From Octopus vulgaris (lineage: Eukaryota), in assembly GCA_951406725.2 (NCBI GenBank), contig OX597823.1, forward strand, positions 97,216,001-97,280,000: a stretch of 64,000 bases of DNA. Direction: 5' to 3'. The position numbers and the translations under genes were made by a program. The notes under the pieces are model-generated. The model worked only from the letters and a program-made list of their open reading frames with translations, had not been told where the DNA came from and did not search any database. How positions within the stretch are numbered: position 1 is the stretch's first letter; each line of letters begins with the position of its first letter. Shown here one piece after another: positions 25,659 to 39,470 of the stretch.

Positions 25659-26596
25659 TATAGTGGTAATAGTATGGGAGCATGCGCTGTAACAGAGCGT
25701 TGCCGCATCCACGATTTGTTGATGAATCCTGGCGTATGACACCTGTACATCACTCAGGTGACAACCCTCCAATTTATGGGTTTCTTTTGGGTAGTCGTTG
25801 TCGGTGATGGTTTTATGAAGTTGAAGAGCAAATCTTGCCTCAATATCCTTTGATCACCTTTTACATCAGACATTGTTCTGAAAACAAAAAGAACTAGCTG
25901 CAGAGGAGACTTGTTAATAAATTATTATCAAAGTCAAAGATGCCCTGTTAAACTCCAATATCTTGGGAAAGTTTATATAGCTAACCGAATTTGGTAAAAT
26001 GATTGATTAAAACTTGTCTTTTGTTAGACTTTAAAATTGCTTAATCTTTCAAACACTATAACTGGAATTTCTTCGATATCATTTTCCGGCAGAATACCAA
26101 TCTTTTAATGCCTTCGGCAAAATATATTCCTAATTCATTCTCCAAGCTAGTACTCTTCACCGAAGCCCATGATTTTTATTCCACAAATTCTTTTAACACA
26201 CAATCCTTCACATTACACAACTTTTAACGCTGTACAAGTTTATCACTTTGTATTACGCGTTCATATCTATGTGTATACGTAGGTATACGTATGCATGAAT
26301 ACATCCCCACTACTGGCACTATTTGTTAGTAAACAGTATGAACTGCATCTAAGGCGGATAGGCACAATGTGTATCGCTCCGCTGTATGTTGATAGTTCGT
26401 AAACAGGTTAAGCAAAATAAACACGTAAAACAATAACAATGCCTTCAGTGAGTTGTCTATCATCCCATCACGAACGAAAGAATGCATAACACTTTGAAAA
26501 TTGTCCCATGCTGCGCTACTTCCTACAGTGGTTTTTGTTGTTATTGCAGTTAATTTCACCACCTCCAGAGAAATTACCACTGATTTTATTATCTTT

Positions 26597-27005
26597 GAAT
26601 CTTTTCGGTTTGAACGGCAGTTTTTTCTAGCGGTGTCATATGAAATTGTCACCCATAATTATGACCCTAGTATCGATCTATTGCATTTCAATCTGTTTTA
26701 GGGCTAGAGGTGGGGGAAGGGTATCTTTTTTTCTTCAGAAATGTAAATAAACCCAATCTGTTTCTTAAACGTGGGACATATTCATACGGCACAGAATGGT
26801 TTCACCTCAATAGACGTCATTGATTGGTTGAAATTGCAGAAATTGAAAAAAAACCCCAACAAATATCTTACAAACCATAGAATTTTCTCAATAAAGCCAA
26901 GAGAAAAGATGTTTTATAAACACATTCTACCAGTATACGAAGTTTAAAAGTGTTTAGTTACGTGGAAATTATTTTTAAAAACTGCCGTTCAAACCGAAAA
27001 GATCC
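26597..27005. mobile_element. Merlin-like MITE, copy 1
   Basis: TIR G(G/A)ATCTTTTCGGTTTGAACGGCAGTTTT; exact 8-bp TSD TTATCTTT. Confidence 0.85.
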
Positions 27006-28307
27006 TTATCTTTAATTATTATTGTTCTCTAAATTATTGTTTTCATGGAAACCATCATTGTTGCTTCAGCTGTAGTTGCTGTCATTGCTTGTAACGACAA
27101 GTGTTTCAGAAGGAATATTTCAAAAGAGTATCATAAATTTTAACCCTAATGAAAAGAAGCCATTACAGTAAACACTGCGGATCTTTTCACTTTGACCGGC
27201 AGATTTTAAAAATAAAAGATCCAACACTGCACCTTTTCTAAGATACTGGAATGGAAAACCTGCAGAAAAGTATAGTTCACAGAGGAAGACCAACTAAACC
27301 ACTCCTGGGAGGAAGAAAGCTGATAAACTATTAAGAATGTAAGCGAACGACAACGAGCTGCGTTCGTGCTTGAGGAACTGTTCGAAACAGTTTATTAAAA
27401 CTAGTGCATGAGCCGTTGTTTACAACCTGAATGAGCAGTACTTGGTTTCATTGAAATTTACGTATATATTCAACAAAGAATGAAATAAAAGTTGGTAAAA
27501 CAATATTGAAATAAAAAAAAACATTTAATACTTCAAAATTCAAATTAGTCTTTAATTGTCTTTATTTCTATTTTTAACATTATATACAGAAAACCACGGA
27601 CAGAAAATTTTGACGACCAATGTCTGTATATTCATAAGTTTTAGTGAATTTTACATTTTCATTATTGTGATACCTATGAGATCCTCATAGGTATTCCAAC
27701 TGACCAGTAAAAGTCTTTATATCTGAAAAAATCCAACTCTGTCGAGAGAAACATGCAATTGACCATGTGTGAACATGTTTGTAATATTTTAAAGAAACTA
27801 ATTAGAATTGAACAGAGGGAAACGAATCTTTATTCTTAAGTTTTCTTATAAAAAATTTGAAGAACGAGGATTTATTTTCTTTCCATTACGTACTAAACTT
27901 ACTTCTTGAAAGAGAACATACATACAAACATACGTTCATACGTACGTGCATACACTGACGAGAGAGCGAGAAAAAAAAAGAGGAGTGTTTTCAGTGAGAA
28001 ATCGAAGTAAAAGGTAATAGAATGTTATCGCTGCGTCACTAGTTTTGACTTGTTTTATGGAATTACATGACAAACTAACTGTTCGATAATAAAATGAACT
28101 TTAAAATGGCTGTAAGAAAATAATCTTTGGACTGCTTTCTGAAATGACTGAATGAAAGACACTGAAGTGGAGAGTGCTGGTAAGTCATCCAGGTACCTCG
28201 CACAATCGATGAAAGATTGAAATTAAAAAAAAAACACACAGACAGACAGACAGATAGATAGATTGATAGGCGTACAGACACACGGACGGACGGACGGACG
28301 AACTGAC

Positions 28308-28339
<32 letters not shown>

Positions 28340-28509
28340 GGCGGTTCTTATTGTGAGGAAAGGTATGCGATAAGGAAGAAAGAAAAATCGATAGATATGA
28401 CAGGTTAGTTTGGGAAGGTGCTCAAGAAATAAGAGGTGTTACCATAGTTCACCGGTAGTGAACAGCTGACACGGTAATATATCACCAGCGTTAGAAACTG
28501 GGCAAAGGC

Positions 28510-29033
<524 letters not shown>

Positions 29034-29043
29034 TATAATAATA

Positions 29044-29075
<32 letters not shown>

Positions 29076-30517
29076 ACTTATGCGTAACTAGGTGCTTATA
29101 CATAGGCTTAGGTGCATCTACAAAAAGAGTAGAAGGATATTTATGGCTTGTGCAATCCAGCGAGGCACAAATCAAAATATATCAATGTAGATAACATTAG
29201 AAGGTGGAAGAGCAAAGGCATGGTGGAGCGATATATAATATTCATTCAAAAGTACGTCAAAAATGTACATTGCACGAACATGTGTCGCATGATAATCATG
29301 AGTGCCACTGACAGTTTTACGAGGAGAACAACATAAATGTGAAGTGGAAACATTAGCTGAAGCAGCGACATTGACATCAACTAAAATTATGTAGATATTT
29401 GTAATATTAATCATTGCTAACTATAGTGTACCCATCCTGCTTGTGCTTCCTAAATCGGCGTCCTTTTCAATGGCGTCGCAATCCTTTCGATTCACTAGCT
29501 GATTGAAATAAATCTCGAGTAGAAACAAGAGAAGCATCTTGAACTAAAGTACTTCTTCATGGTTTTTCTAAAACGCATCTACTACTTGTATCCGGTATGA
29601 AATCTAAATGAAAATAGGTCCGGGAGTAAAAATGAAACCTCTGTAACCAGTAGAATCCAATCAATTCGTGGATTGGATATGGCAAAATCTCATCTTGACC
29701 ATCCACAGCCAACCAGGAAGGTATAATCAATAGTGTTTCGTCTAGAACACTTTTTGAGATATCATTTAAAATGTTAAAGATTTTGGCGACTAACTTGTCT
29801 ATAGAAACTGAACAACCTTGAATGGTCGTGAAAAAATCCTCCAAGGAAATCTTCAGTTTTTGCAATTTATCGGAGAGATTTAGAATTTGGTCTGTAAAAT
29901 CAAACTAGCAGAGCACAATGAGTAACTAGTTAAAAAAAACACATTAATTCATAGTTAGTGCAGGAATTTTTATGCACATCATACAGTTTCTTTATTAACT
30001 CGTTTCATTTAACTCTATAAGAGTAATCAGGCTCTTCTGAGAATGTTAACGCCAATAGTCAAGTATCTTATTTAATGCTGTCGACATAGAAATATTAGAA
30101 AGGGTGAGGACCCCTACCTCACGTGAACGCATTATGGTCGGTAAATTTTTTTATTAATGGAAATCGATCAATTTAAAACACTTGACGATATTCGATTATA
30201 TTGATCTCACAGGTGTCTGGTTTCTTGTTTTTAGTGTAAATACTGATACTGAGTCACGAAAATAAATAACCTCCACCAAATGCTGTTCAACGTTCATTTT
30301 TGTTGGTTAGGTGTTATTGCTGTTGAAACTTAGCCTTTTACTGAAAATATTATGCAAATCCATTCGGTAACTCGTGACACGTAACAGATCTGTTGAAGTC
30401 GTCACGGCACTATCACAAGTTACAACACAAAACTATATATTTAGATTCGTCTCTGCTACTTCCTTGGTTTATTTTCAAAATTCTTTCATCTTTAAAGGTT
30501 TTGTAATGTTTCCATTA

Positions 30518-32284
30518 CACAAGTTTGCATTTTTAAATGAAGTAAATGATTATTGTCTACTTAAAGGTTATTCTGAACCATTTTTAATGCTGATTTCAAA
30601 CATGTCTTTAGTTTTTGCCTACCACGTACAAATTTTGCGTAAATAGCTGCCAAAGATATAATGAGTTTTCTTGTCGTTGATTCCCTTTTGTGGCAAACTT
30701 TTAGATGAAGTATGATGAAATTAAGAACAAATGGCTAGAACAATAATAAAAAAAAAAGGTATGAATAATGTAAGTAGGCCTACATATTGACTAAATATAT
30801 TTTTTAATGCCCTTCCCATGACTCCAAAGTAATTTTACTCCATTTTAAACTTCCTTTTCTTTGATTTCCTCACAGCTTTTGATAGTTGCATGCAGTCTCT
30901 CTTTAGGGTCCAGCAGTAATCCGCCATCATATTTACATTCCAGCTCCCTTGATACCTCCACACCATTTCTTTATTGTCCTGGTGAAATCTCTTACCATGC
31001 TCTCCGCTTAGATTGCCAAGGTTCTACGGGAAATAGTCGAGGTATGAGTGAAGAAAGTGCATTTTAGCATTCATGTTGCATCCAAGCTTTTTGAACTTTT
31101 GCAACATAGTATCAAGTAATTTGAAAAAGTTCTCGACAACAGACTTGAAGCTCACCTCTTTTTGAGATTCATTCATGAATTTCTTATAATCTCGGTTTTA
31201 CATTAGTTTACGTATGTTAGGACCAACAAATATTTCTGATTTATTTTTCTCACTGGTTGTATTTGGGAATTTTTTTTTTTTTTGAGAGATACATTTTTAG
31301 TCTAGAACCAAGAAGTTCCGCTGCTTCCTTTGGTAGGTCCAAATCTCTCATCAAATCATTGAGTTCTTCCTATGTAAATAACTGCGGACTTTCCATTTCG
31401 TCAGGAGTGTAGTCATCACCTTCTTCTTCACATTTGTCTTCTTCATCACTATCTAATGTAACAATGGGTGGGGAGAGGATCTGGAATATCAGCCCCATGT
31501 GCAATAGGCCATATAGCTGAGGGAATACTAAGATACACTATTTTTTGCACTGTACCCATCAAGTTTAGTAATGCAGAAATAACAATCGTCACTGTGGTTA
31601 TTCGGTTCTCGCCATACTAGTGGTATTCCAAAGGTCATTTCTTTTTTTCTTACCAACTTTCCAGAGTCTCAACCCCTCCACACAAGTGTGACATACTTGG
31701 TGTGGAGCTCCAGGTTTGCTTTCATTAGCGATTTTAACACCAAAATAAGCGAAGTATAGGTTCTTTACAAGGTCGGTTATATTTTGTCTCCTCTGCTTAA
31801 TGACAATATACCTCCTACAAATGTAGCAGAATATGTCTGGATTGTTCCCGCACTTATGTCTATATGCATTCATTTTGAATGGACTTTATACATAAACATC
31901 ATCAATGACTAACCTCTGGTACTACTAGAACAACACTAAAGCATGCATCAATCAGTTAGCAATCGTGTATACAGCTTTTCAGGGTCACGTAGTCTGTTAG
32001 AATTGCCAGCGACTGTTTAATACACTTTATATTGGCTGCCGTTCTACCTTTATTAATATTAAGTCAGCATCAGTTTTTAGCAATTTATTTTGTTGAGAAA
32101 AATAAATTAGATAATCACTGTCATCCTATTCTCTGATACCATAATGCAGAAAAAAAAACAAAGCTTTATTACAGAAAAACTAGATGTGATGGAGAAAAAC
32201 TAATCACAGATCTGAAATCAGCATAAAAAATCGATTCAAATAGTCATGTAGGCATTTAAATATAGAAAATCATGCAGACTAGTG
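30518..32284 (-). mobile_element. Degenerate, internally deleted DNA transposon (IS630-Tc1-mariner-like, family uncertain)
   Basis: N-terminal CYIC...PHQVCHTC...DDCYFC and C-terminal EHGKRFHQD...RRYQGSWNVNMMADYCWTLKRD; imperfect TIRs CACAAGTTTGCA / TGCAGACTAGTG. Confidence 0.75.
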
Positions 32285-32653
32285 TTATCTTTTATTAAAT
32301 TCTTTTTATAAATAAATAAACGTACAAACAAACAAACATGACAATTGCAAATTCCGATATGTCGATAATAGAGGCTTCTCATTGGATAAAAGTAACTATA
32401 AATTTCAATTGTTAAAGGTTCATATACTTTTTATATTATAAACGAATGTGATTTTTATGACTAATATGCAGAACTGCATCACTGTAGAAAATTAAAAACA
32501 AAACCAAAAAGCAAAAAGCAAAAGGACATCAGCCACTATGACTCGAACGAAAAAAATCCATTTCTCCCATTTAGTTAAATGCATCCTTTTTAATATAAAT
32601 ATAATATTCATTTAAACTTTATTTCTTTTACGGTATCCTTTCTATATTATATA

Positions 32654-33047
32654 CTAGCAGTATCGCCCGGTGTTGCTTGGCTTTGTTTCGACCCTTTAGA
32701 ATTGGAATTTTTGAAAAGTAAAAATGTTGCATTATGTAGCTTGTTATTCTCTTTAAGTGAACATTTTTCTGGTTGAAATACACCGAAAAATGGCGACAAT
32801 GCAGTCAAAACATCGTAAAAAATTGGGATTTTCATAGAAAAAAAAACACCTTTTTGATGTAAATAATTTTTTGTGTTAACATGGTCCAATTTGAATTTTT
32901 TTCTTTTACGGAAGGAAGAGCAAGCCTTCTTCTATCATACTCTCAATTTTGGTCAACTTGCGCCGCAGGGTCTCGGAGGAGATAATGTTAGTTGAAGGCT
33001 ACCAAACCTGCCATACACAGACAACTTCAGTTTTATATATAGAGAGA
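32654..33047 (-). mobile_element. Non-autonomous Helitron, copy 4
   Basis: TC...hairpin...CTAG, inserted at an A|T site. Confidence 0.88.
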
Positions 33048-33694
33048 TTTTCCATATACGTTCTTTTACTTCCTTTAACTTACTATAATCACGTAATTAA
33101 TCTTACTTTACCTCTCAGTCTTCATAAAGTGGGTTTCAAATTGATTACTTACGAGGCTTCTCGAAAATATTAATGAAATATTTCAGCTCTCACCTCCACT
33201 TTATTTATTAGAAAACAAAATAGTGTGTATCTTAAATTTATCAAACATGGCAGTTTGTGTGCTCGCTTTTCAGTCCTCGTTGGCCTACGCCAATGAACCT
33301 GTCCCCCTCCATCCACACACCTATGAGAAACACAACGCTAATATATTTTCATATATTCATAACTTTTTATAGGAAATAATTGTCAAACGAATTTTGAATG
33401 TAAGTTAAATTAATTGAGCTGTTTTACAAAAAGAAATATCTCCACTTATATTTTAAATTGAAGCAGTTTTAACAACTTTTTAACTTAACAATTTTCATAT
33501 CCCATATATCATTATCAAACTTAATCTTTCATACGTCCGTCATTTTTATGTAATCGCTACGAACCATCAGTAATCATAGGAGCAGGCGTGGCTGCGTGGT
33601 AAAGAGTTTATTTCTCAACCAGATGGTTCTGGGTTCAGTTTCACTACGTTGTATCTAGCCCAGGAACTGATAAGGATTATTCCTCAGGAACTGA

Positions 33695-33975
33695 TCAGGA
33701 ATCAGTTCTTGATATTGATTCCCCTTCTATTTCCTCAATAAGATGCCTTCTATTTAATTGAAACAATCTATTTTGTTCAAGACTTTTGCATCTAGTACCA
33801 TATCTTTTTAATGGGGCTTTTAACGTTGTCATCCTTTGAGACATTTCTTCGTGTACTGTTTGCTTCCCCTCTTTTCTAATCTCTACTGTCCATTCAATTT
33901 TCTGATTACTAACTAATGCTCTAAAGCTGTGTTTGCATCCAATTAGTCCTCTTCCTCCTCTTCTTCCTACTGTTA
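33695..33975 (-). mobile_element. R4/Dong-like non-LTR fragments
   Basis: RRGGRGLI motif and LKRY...EQNRLFQLN. Confidence 0.6.
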
Positions 33976-35110
33976 AGCGGCAGTTGACGGGAGCAATCGT
34001 TAACAACTGGTGGTGGATAGGCCTGAAAAGGGTGATTAGAGCAGAATCGATAAAGTTTAGCAAAGAGTTAGCTATAGAAAGAAACAGTTTAGAGGGAGAA
34101 CTAGTTATCAAACTAGAAAAGGCGATTTAAAGACATCGCGACTGACATGGTAGCGGCGAGAACGACTCTTGACCGTTCCTTTGAGGCGAAACATGAAGGT
34201 TGCATTGTCAGAACTAAGGCCCGCGCGCTAAAACATTGAGGAAACTAAAGCCTTCTGATGGGCTCGAACGGTGGAGACGCGACGTGGCAACAAAACCACG
34301 ATCGGGTCTTTGACGGATTTGAATGGGCGCATGCTACATGGTTCTGAGCAGATGTGTGCGGCTTTTCATCAGCACTTAACGCAACTGTTTGAAAGGGGTG
34401 AGGGTTAACGACAGCAGCAGACTTTAGTTTGTACCTAGATGGCCTGCTGCGGCTCTTAGCAGGGGACGTGAGGTTCTGCGAAAAGCCGATAACGGTCACT
34501 GAAATACGAGAGCCGATGAGCGATTGCACAAGTCGCAAGCCGCCAGGTTTAGATGGTCTGCTCTATGAATTCAAAGTATTCATGCCAGATTTCTTGGTTG
34601 ACTTCTTTGCAGACGTTTACCGCAACTAGTAACAATCGGCCCATAACTCTGCTAAACACAGAGTTTAAGATTTTGACCAAGGTACTAGCGAAAAGATTGA
34701 CGATTGTCGTTGGTAGTCTAGTAGAGAAAGCACAAACGTGCGCAATTCCGAACAGGTCTAATCGCGACAACCTCCACCTTATGCGATACACCATAGCTTC
34801 GGTGGGGCCCTGATCAATTTGGATCAATCAAAAGCATTGGATAGGGTTGACCATCGCTACCTGGAAGTCGTCCTTAAAACGGCCGGCTTCGAACCCGTTT
34901 TCAGAAGCTGGATCGCTGCAATATACAACGGAATCTGCTCGGTAGTCAAAGTAAATGGCCATCTATTGGAACGGTTTAGCATCGCATGCTCGATCCGTCA
35001 GAGCTGCCTGCTGTCACCTCTTCTGTACATGCTGGTTCTCGAGCCTCTGCTGCGGAGGTTGGAACAATTGAGGGGTACCCCTTTCAAGCTGGGACTCCGA
35101 AAAGCAGTAT
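33976..35110 (+). mobile_element. Tx1/L1-like reverse transcriptase fragment
   Basis: PGLDGL, RPITLLNTEFKILTKVLAKRL, DQSKALDRVDH and SIRQSCLLSPLLY motifs; stops and frameshifts. Confidence 0.85.
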
Positions 35111-36225
35111 CTATTTATTCCAAAATTCCTGCACTTCTTTTGATGGGACAGACTTTACTGTAACTGGTATTTTCCCTATCTTCCTGTAAACATTTTTTGG
35201 ATTATTTTTGAACATGCTGTTGTCCTTGATGAATCTAACGCACTTTGCATACCTTGCCATGCGGGCAACTTTAGCACATAGCTTTTGCTTGATAGTTTCT
35301 ATGGTGGCATCGATGTCCAGTATGGTTTTCATATTATATTCTTTCTTTAATTTTCGGATTTTTTTTTTTTTTGGTTTGATAGTCTTTTTTAAACATTCTA
35401 TGTCAGACCTAAGTAGTTGAATTTGGTGTTGAATACGCTCTTGCCAAGTAGACTTTTTGTGGGAATGTTGTCGTTTTCTAACCTTTTCACCACATAGAAT
35501 CGTTGAGATTTTCGCAGATACATAGGACAAGTGGTTGAGATATATAAATATCAACATCATTAGCTGAAATTACATCCTTAAGTGCAAGGCGGATTTTACC
35601 AATTACTTTCAAGTTTTCGTTAGAATTGTCTCTCCTAAGTATCCTAGCTGTCCCTAATAACACTGTTTTCTGGAGCTGTACTAAACTGGGGTTTATGCTT
35701 ATTTCCTCTATCCATCTGTTCAGATCTTTAGGAATATTTCCCAATGCACCTAAAACTATTGGGATACATTTAACCCGCACTTTCCATAGTCTCTCTAATT
35801 CGATAGCTAGATCCTGGTACTTCGCTATTTTTTCTATATTTCTCTTGTTAATGATTTCATCATTTGGGACTGTAAAGTCTACTCTCTGGCTCTTTCTATT
35901 CTCTTTATCTACTACTATCAAATCAGGTCTTCTACCTTCTTTTACTCTGTCAGAGTGAATGTTGAAGCCCCACATTTTATTTTCCTTACTTTCTAGGTTC
36001 ATGTTCATACCATTTATCAGCATATTCGAATCTTATCTTTCTACATAGCTCTCAGTGGATTGCTCTCCATAGATTGTCATGTCTTTTCTTGTATTCTTTC
36101 TGTGCCATCATGCTACATTTACTTATTATGCGAGTAACGCTTTCCTCTTTTGACTTGCATAATCTACATTGAGAATCTACTTGGTTTTTGTCTATCTTGG
36201 CTTTTATCCAATTAGTCCTTAATGA
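35111..36225 (-). mobile_element. R4/Dong-like non-LTR fragments (REL endonuclease followed by N-terminal region)
   Basis: CRLC zinc knuckle, KRHD, RRPDLIVVD...KIAKYQDL, LQKTVLLGTARILRR; then WQERIQ...IKQKL..KVARMARY...EFW. Confidence 0.85.
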
Positions 36226-36825
36226 TTAATCGAAAGAGGTCAACTAGCTCGTCTTTTCCGAAGGTCTTTCAGCCCAGGGCCTACAAATAATATCCGGAAA
36301 TCTCTGGCCTGAAGGTGTTACCAGGAGGCATTGTCACTTCAGGTGATGCACTACGGCGATTACAGTGCCGTCAACCGATTTGTCTGATCGGTTCACGGCG
36401 CTGTTATGCGTCTGTTGCGCATTGTTACACACTGAACAGTGAAACTGTCTTGCATGCGTTCATTTAGATATGGAAGCAATGCATCATTATGGACATCACT
36501 TGAACATATAGAACAGCTGTTGGGGGCTGAAATGTCTTCAGGCCTTAACGAGAAGGGTGTGAAGCTAATGGTTGCGTGCGTGATACGATGAGTCTATGAG
36601 AGAATCTGGATGTATAGGGTTAGAGTGTGAGATCTATGAAATGCGTTTGAATGAAATGTTTGTGATTATGTTATGGTCGGAGGAATATATTGTGTGCGCG
36701 TGGTAATTTGGGTGAAAGTGTGTGTATCGGTGTGAGATGGTGTGTGTATGCGTGTGTCCGTGCTTGTGTGCGTGTGTGTGTTTGTATGTATGTGTGGAGT
36801 TAAAAGTTACTCTTGTGTATTAGAG

Positions 36826-37052
36826 CAGCGGTCCCCAACCATTTTTGCATCACGGACCGGTTTTATGCGAGACAATTTTCCCACACACTGGGGAAATCAC
36901 GTTCATAACATGACACAATAAAATATATAATATAAAATTAAATTATAACACGTATACACCATGCAGACGACAGCCAATAAAATAAAACTAAATTTTAAAA
37001 TTTATTTCTTCTATGTGGCTCGGTACCAAATGATCTGCGGCCTGGTGGTTGT
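36826..37052. mobile_element. hAT (Charlie-like) MITE, partial
   Basis: CAGCGGTCCCCAACC terminus; related end at 42176. Confidence 0.6.
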
Positions 37053-37077
37053 AAGTGCGTGTGACATGTTCAGTGTA

Positions 37078-37451
37078 CACTGGCGAAATTAAATTTAAGA
37101 CCGATGATAAAAGTTCTATTTCAGCCGTTATTAAGAATAAAGGCTATGGCACAAAGTACTAATATGTACTTCGTTCTTGTTGCTCATTTTTGCTACGATT
37201 TTAAGCTTTAAATAAAATTATAATGATATGGTCTTAAACTAATTTTGCTGGTAAATTTGAAACGTTTATATTAATTTAGCCTTAGAATTCTTCATGTTGT
37301 ATAAAAAATAGTTATTGTCTGCATCATTCGAAAGAGAAATAAATTCTGCATAAGGTGTAAAAGATAGTAATATTTTGTATGGTGTTAGTAACAACATATT
37401 TTGTAAGAAATAGAACTTTTAACATCGGTCTTAAATTTATTTTCGCCAATG
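37078..37451. mobile_element. Tc1/mariner-type MITE
   Basis: ~45-bp TIR CACTGGCGAAATTAAATTTAAGACCGATG...; TA TSD. Confidence 0.85.
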
Positions 37452-37638
37452 TATACGGATGTGCAGATGTAAAGTTTAAAGCGAAGGAGAGGAGGCAGGA
37501 GCGTGTCCCTCGGAAAAGGTAAGACAGTGGGAAAATGATTTCAACTAAGAGAGGACATACTATAGGTTTCAGAACAGAGGGAACAGTCTGGAAAAGGTCA
37601 ACAGAAATGGAGGACATTACGGTGTAAAGATTCAAGAG

Positions 37639-37854
37639 CAATAACCCTCTAATATTTTGGAGTGTGTGTGTGCGCGCGCGCAATATTTGTCTTTCTTGGC
37701 AAAGTATGTGCGCATTCTTACAAGTAGACGTTTGCAGTTCAAATATTTCGATTTCCTCAAGAAAACCTAATGTACGCACATTTTTCATTTGTGCACTTGT
37801 TGCAAAACTTGTGCGCACGCAAGCGCACAGCTTAGAGGGAGCAAGGGAACATTG
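37639..37854. mobile_element. hAT-like MITE
   Basis: CAATAACCCTCTAA / CTTAGAGGG...GGGAACATTG imperfect TIRs. Confidence 0.5.
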
Positions 37855-38087
37855 TGTGGTAGCTGCTTGCATATGATGTAGCAGCTATAATGGTCAAGCA
37901 GATGCTTGTAAAAAGTGGCTAGGACTGCCAAGGATGAGCATACCTACACTTGAATGCCCCCTCCATCGACTTCTTTCTGCATAAGTTTCAGAAAATTGGG
38001 TACCTTTTGATGAAATTTTCTACAAATACCTTTCAGATGTTACAAATCTCGGTTATACTGGTTATACTCGATTATACTCGGTTACAA

Positions 38088-38318
38088 AGCGGCGAGCTGA
38101 CAGAATCGTTAGCACGCCGGGCGAAATGCTTAGCGGTATTTCGTCTGCCGCTACGTTCTGAGTTCAAATTCCGCCGAGGTCGACTTTGCCTTTCATCCTT
38201 TCGGGGTTGATAAATTAAGTACTAGTTACGCACTGGGGTCGATATAATCGACTTAATCCGTTTGTCTGTCCTTGTTTGTCCCCTCTGTGTTTAGCCCCTT
38301 GTGGGTAGTAAAGAAATA
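38088..38318 (+). mobile_element. SINE family A
   Basis: Full copy flanked by GGTTATACTGG repeats. Confidence 0.9.
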
Positions 38319-38769
38319 GGTTATACTGGAATTTGTGAACATTTTTACGGAGGGGCAGAAGTGATTCGAAGAATTCACAAAATTCGACTTTGTCTCTTCT
38401 TAACTTTCAGAAAAGTGGTAATTTTTTAATGAAATTTTAGGCAAATACCCTTCAGATGGTGTAGATTACGACTAAATAGGAACTTAACGTGCAAAAAAAA
38501 AAAAAAAAAGAATGGTGGGCTCACACGCGTACGTACATACTTGCACATCACATATTTTCGAAATTTCAAATTTCATTTGTGCTTATGTGTGATGTATATC
38601 AGTATGTATGTGTGTGAGCCAAACTTTTCTTTTTTTCTTTACATAATATTCCCATATAATTCTAGTGTATACTATCTAAAAATTGTCAAAAAAATTATTA
38701 AAATATACCCATTTTTTTTTCTGACATTTATGAGAAAACAGAGTTGTGGTAGTGGTGGTGGGGTACACT

Positions 38770-39060
38770 TGTGTAGGTATGTCCAAGTGTTGTCTGATGT
38801 CGTCTGGGCGTTCAGAGAAAATTAAGCTCCCATTCACATAGGTACTCAAAGAATTTAAAGCGGGCAAGGTGCGCTTGGTTACGATACTGATGAACTCTGA
38901 GATGCAACAATTGCGAAGATGAAGTCTCCAATCTTTACTGAACACAAGTGGAAGATGGAGAAAACCGCAGACGAGGCTGCTGCACAGGCGAAGAAGAAAA
39001 AAGTTTCGGGTGCGGAGTGAACTGACAACGAAAGGAGTCGGCTTTCTTCTCTGCGAAACA
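38770..39060 (+). mobile_element. Hero-like non-LTR retrotransposon relic
   Basis: GRSEKIKLPFT*VLKEFKAGKVRLVTIL...TEHKWKMEKTADEA resembles the Hero-clade LQLP..EEFK...TGRKWKA motif. Confidence 0.6.
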
Positions 39061-39089
39061 GCGATTTCACTATGCAGGATCGGACGAAC

Positions 39090-39470
39090 AGGGGTACTTA
39101 GTGGTAGAAGTTATCTAAAAGAAGGGTGGGACCAACACGCGCACACACACACAGACACGACAGAAAGGTAAGTGTGCATGAGTACAGTGAGACAAAGTGG
39201 ATCAGCCACTCGACATGTAAAGTATGCAATGACGTGGACACCGGAAGAAGATAAATGTAAGATAGCCAGTCCTAGGACACCTGGTGTTGGACGTTCCAAT
39301 ACGACATCAAATGCACGAGGATCAACTGGAGCGGAAAGGATTTAGGCAGATCGAATCCGCTGGAGGAAGCTTGCTGCCTAATGCTTTTCACGTAACGGGA
39401 GTATCTAAATTTAAGTAAAAGCTGCAACAAGGGTAGCTACATTGATTTATCGATGACTAAAGAAGGTAAA
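39090..39470 (+). promoter_or_regulatory. Candidate promoter / non-coding first exon(s) of the PRKCSH-like gene
   Basis: CpG-retaining unique region with strong donors AAG|GTAAGT (39168) and AAG|GTAAAT (39466); the exon at 46089 has an acceptor upstream of its ATG, so a 5' exon is required. Confidence 0.3.

Noticed and set aside
37324-37872. 182-aa minus-strand ORF
   Set aside because: Spans two MITEs and a microsatellite; chance open frame
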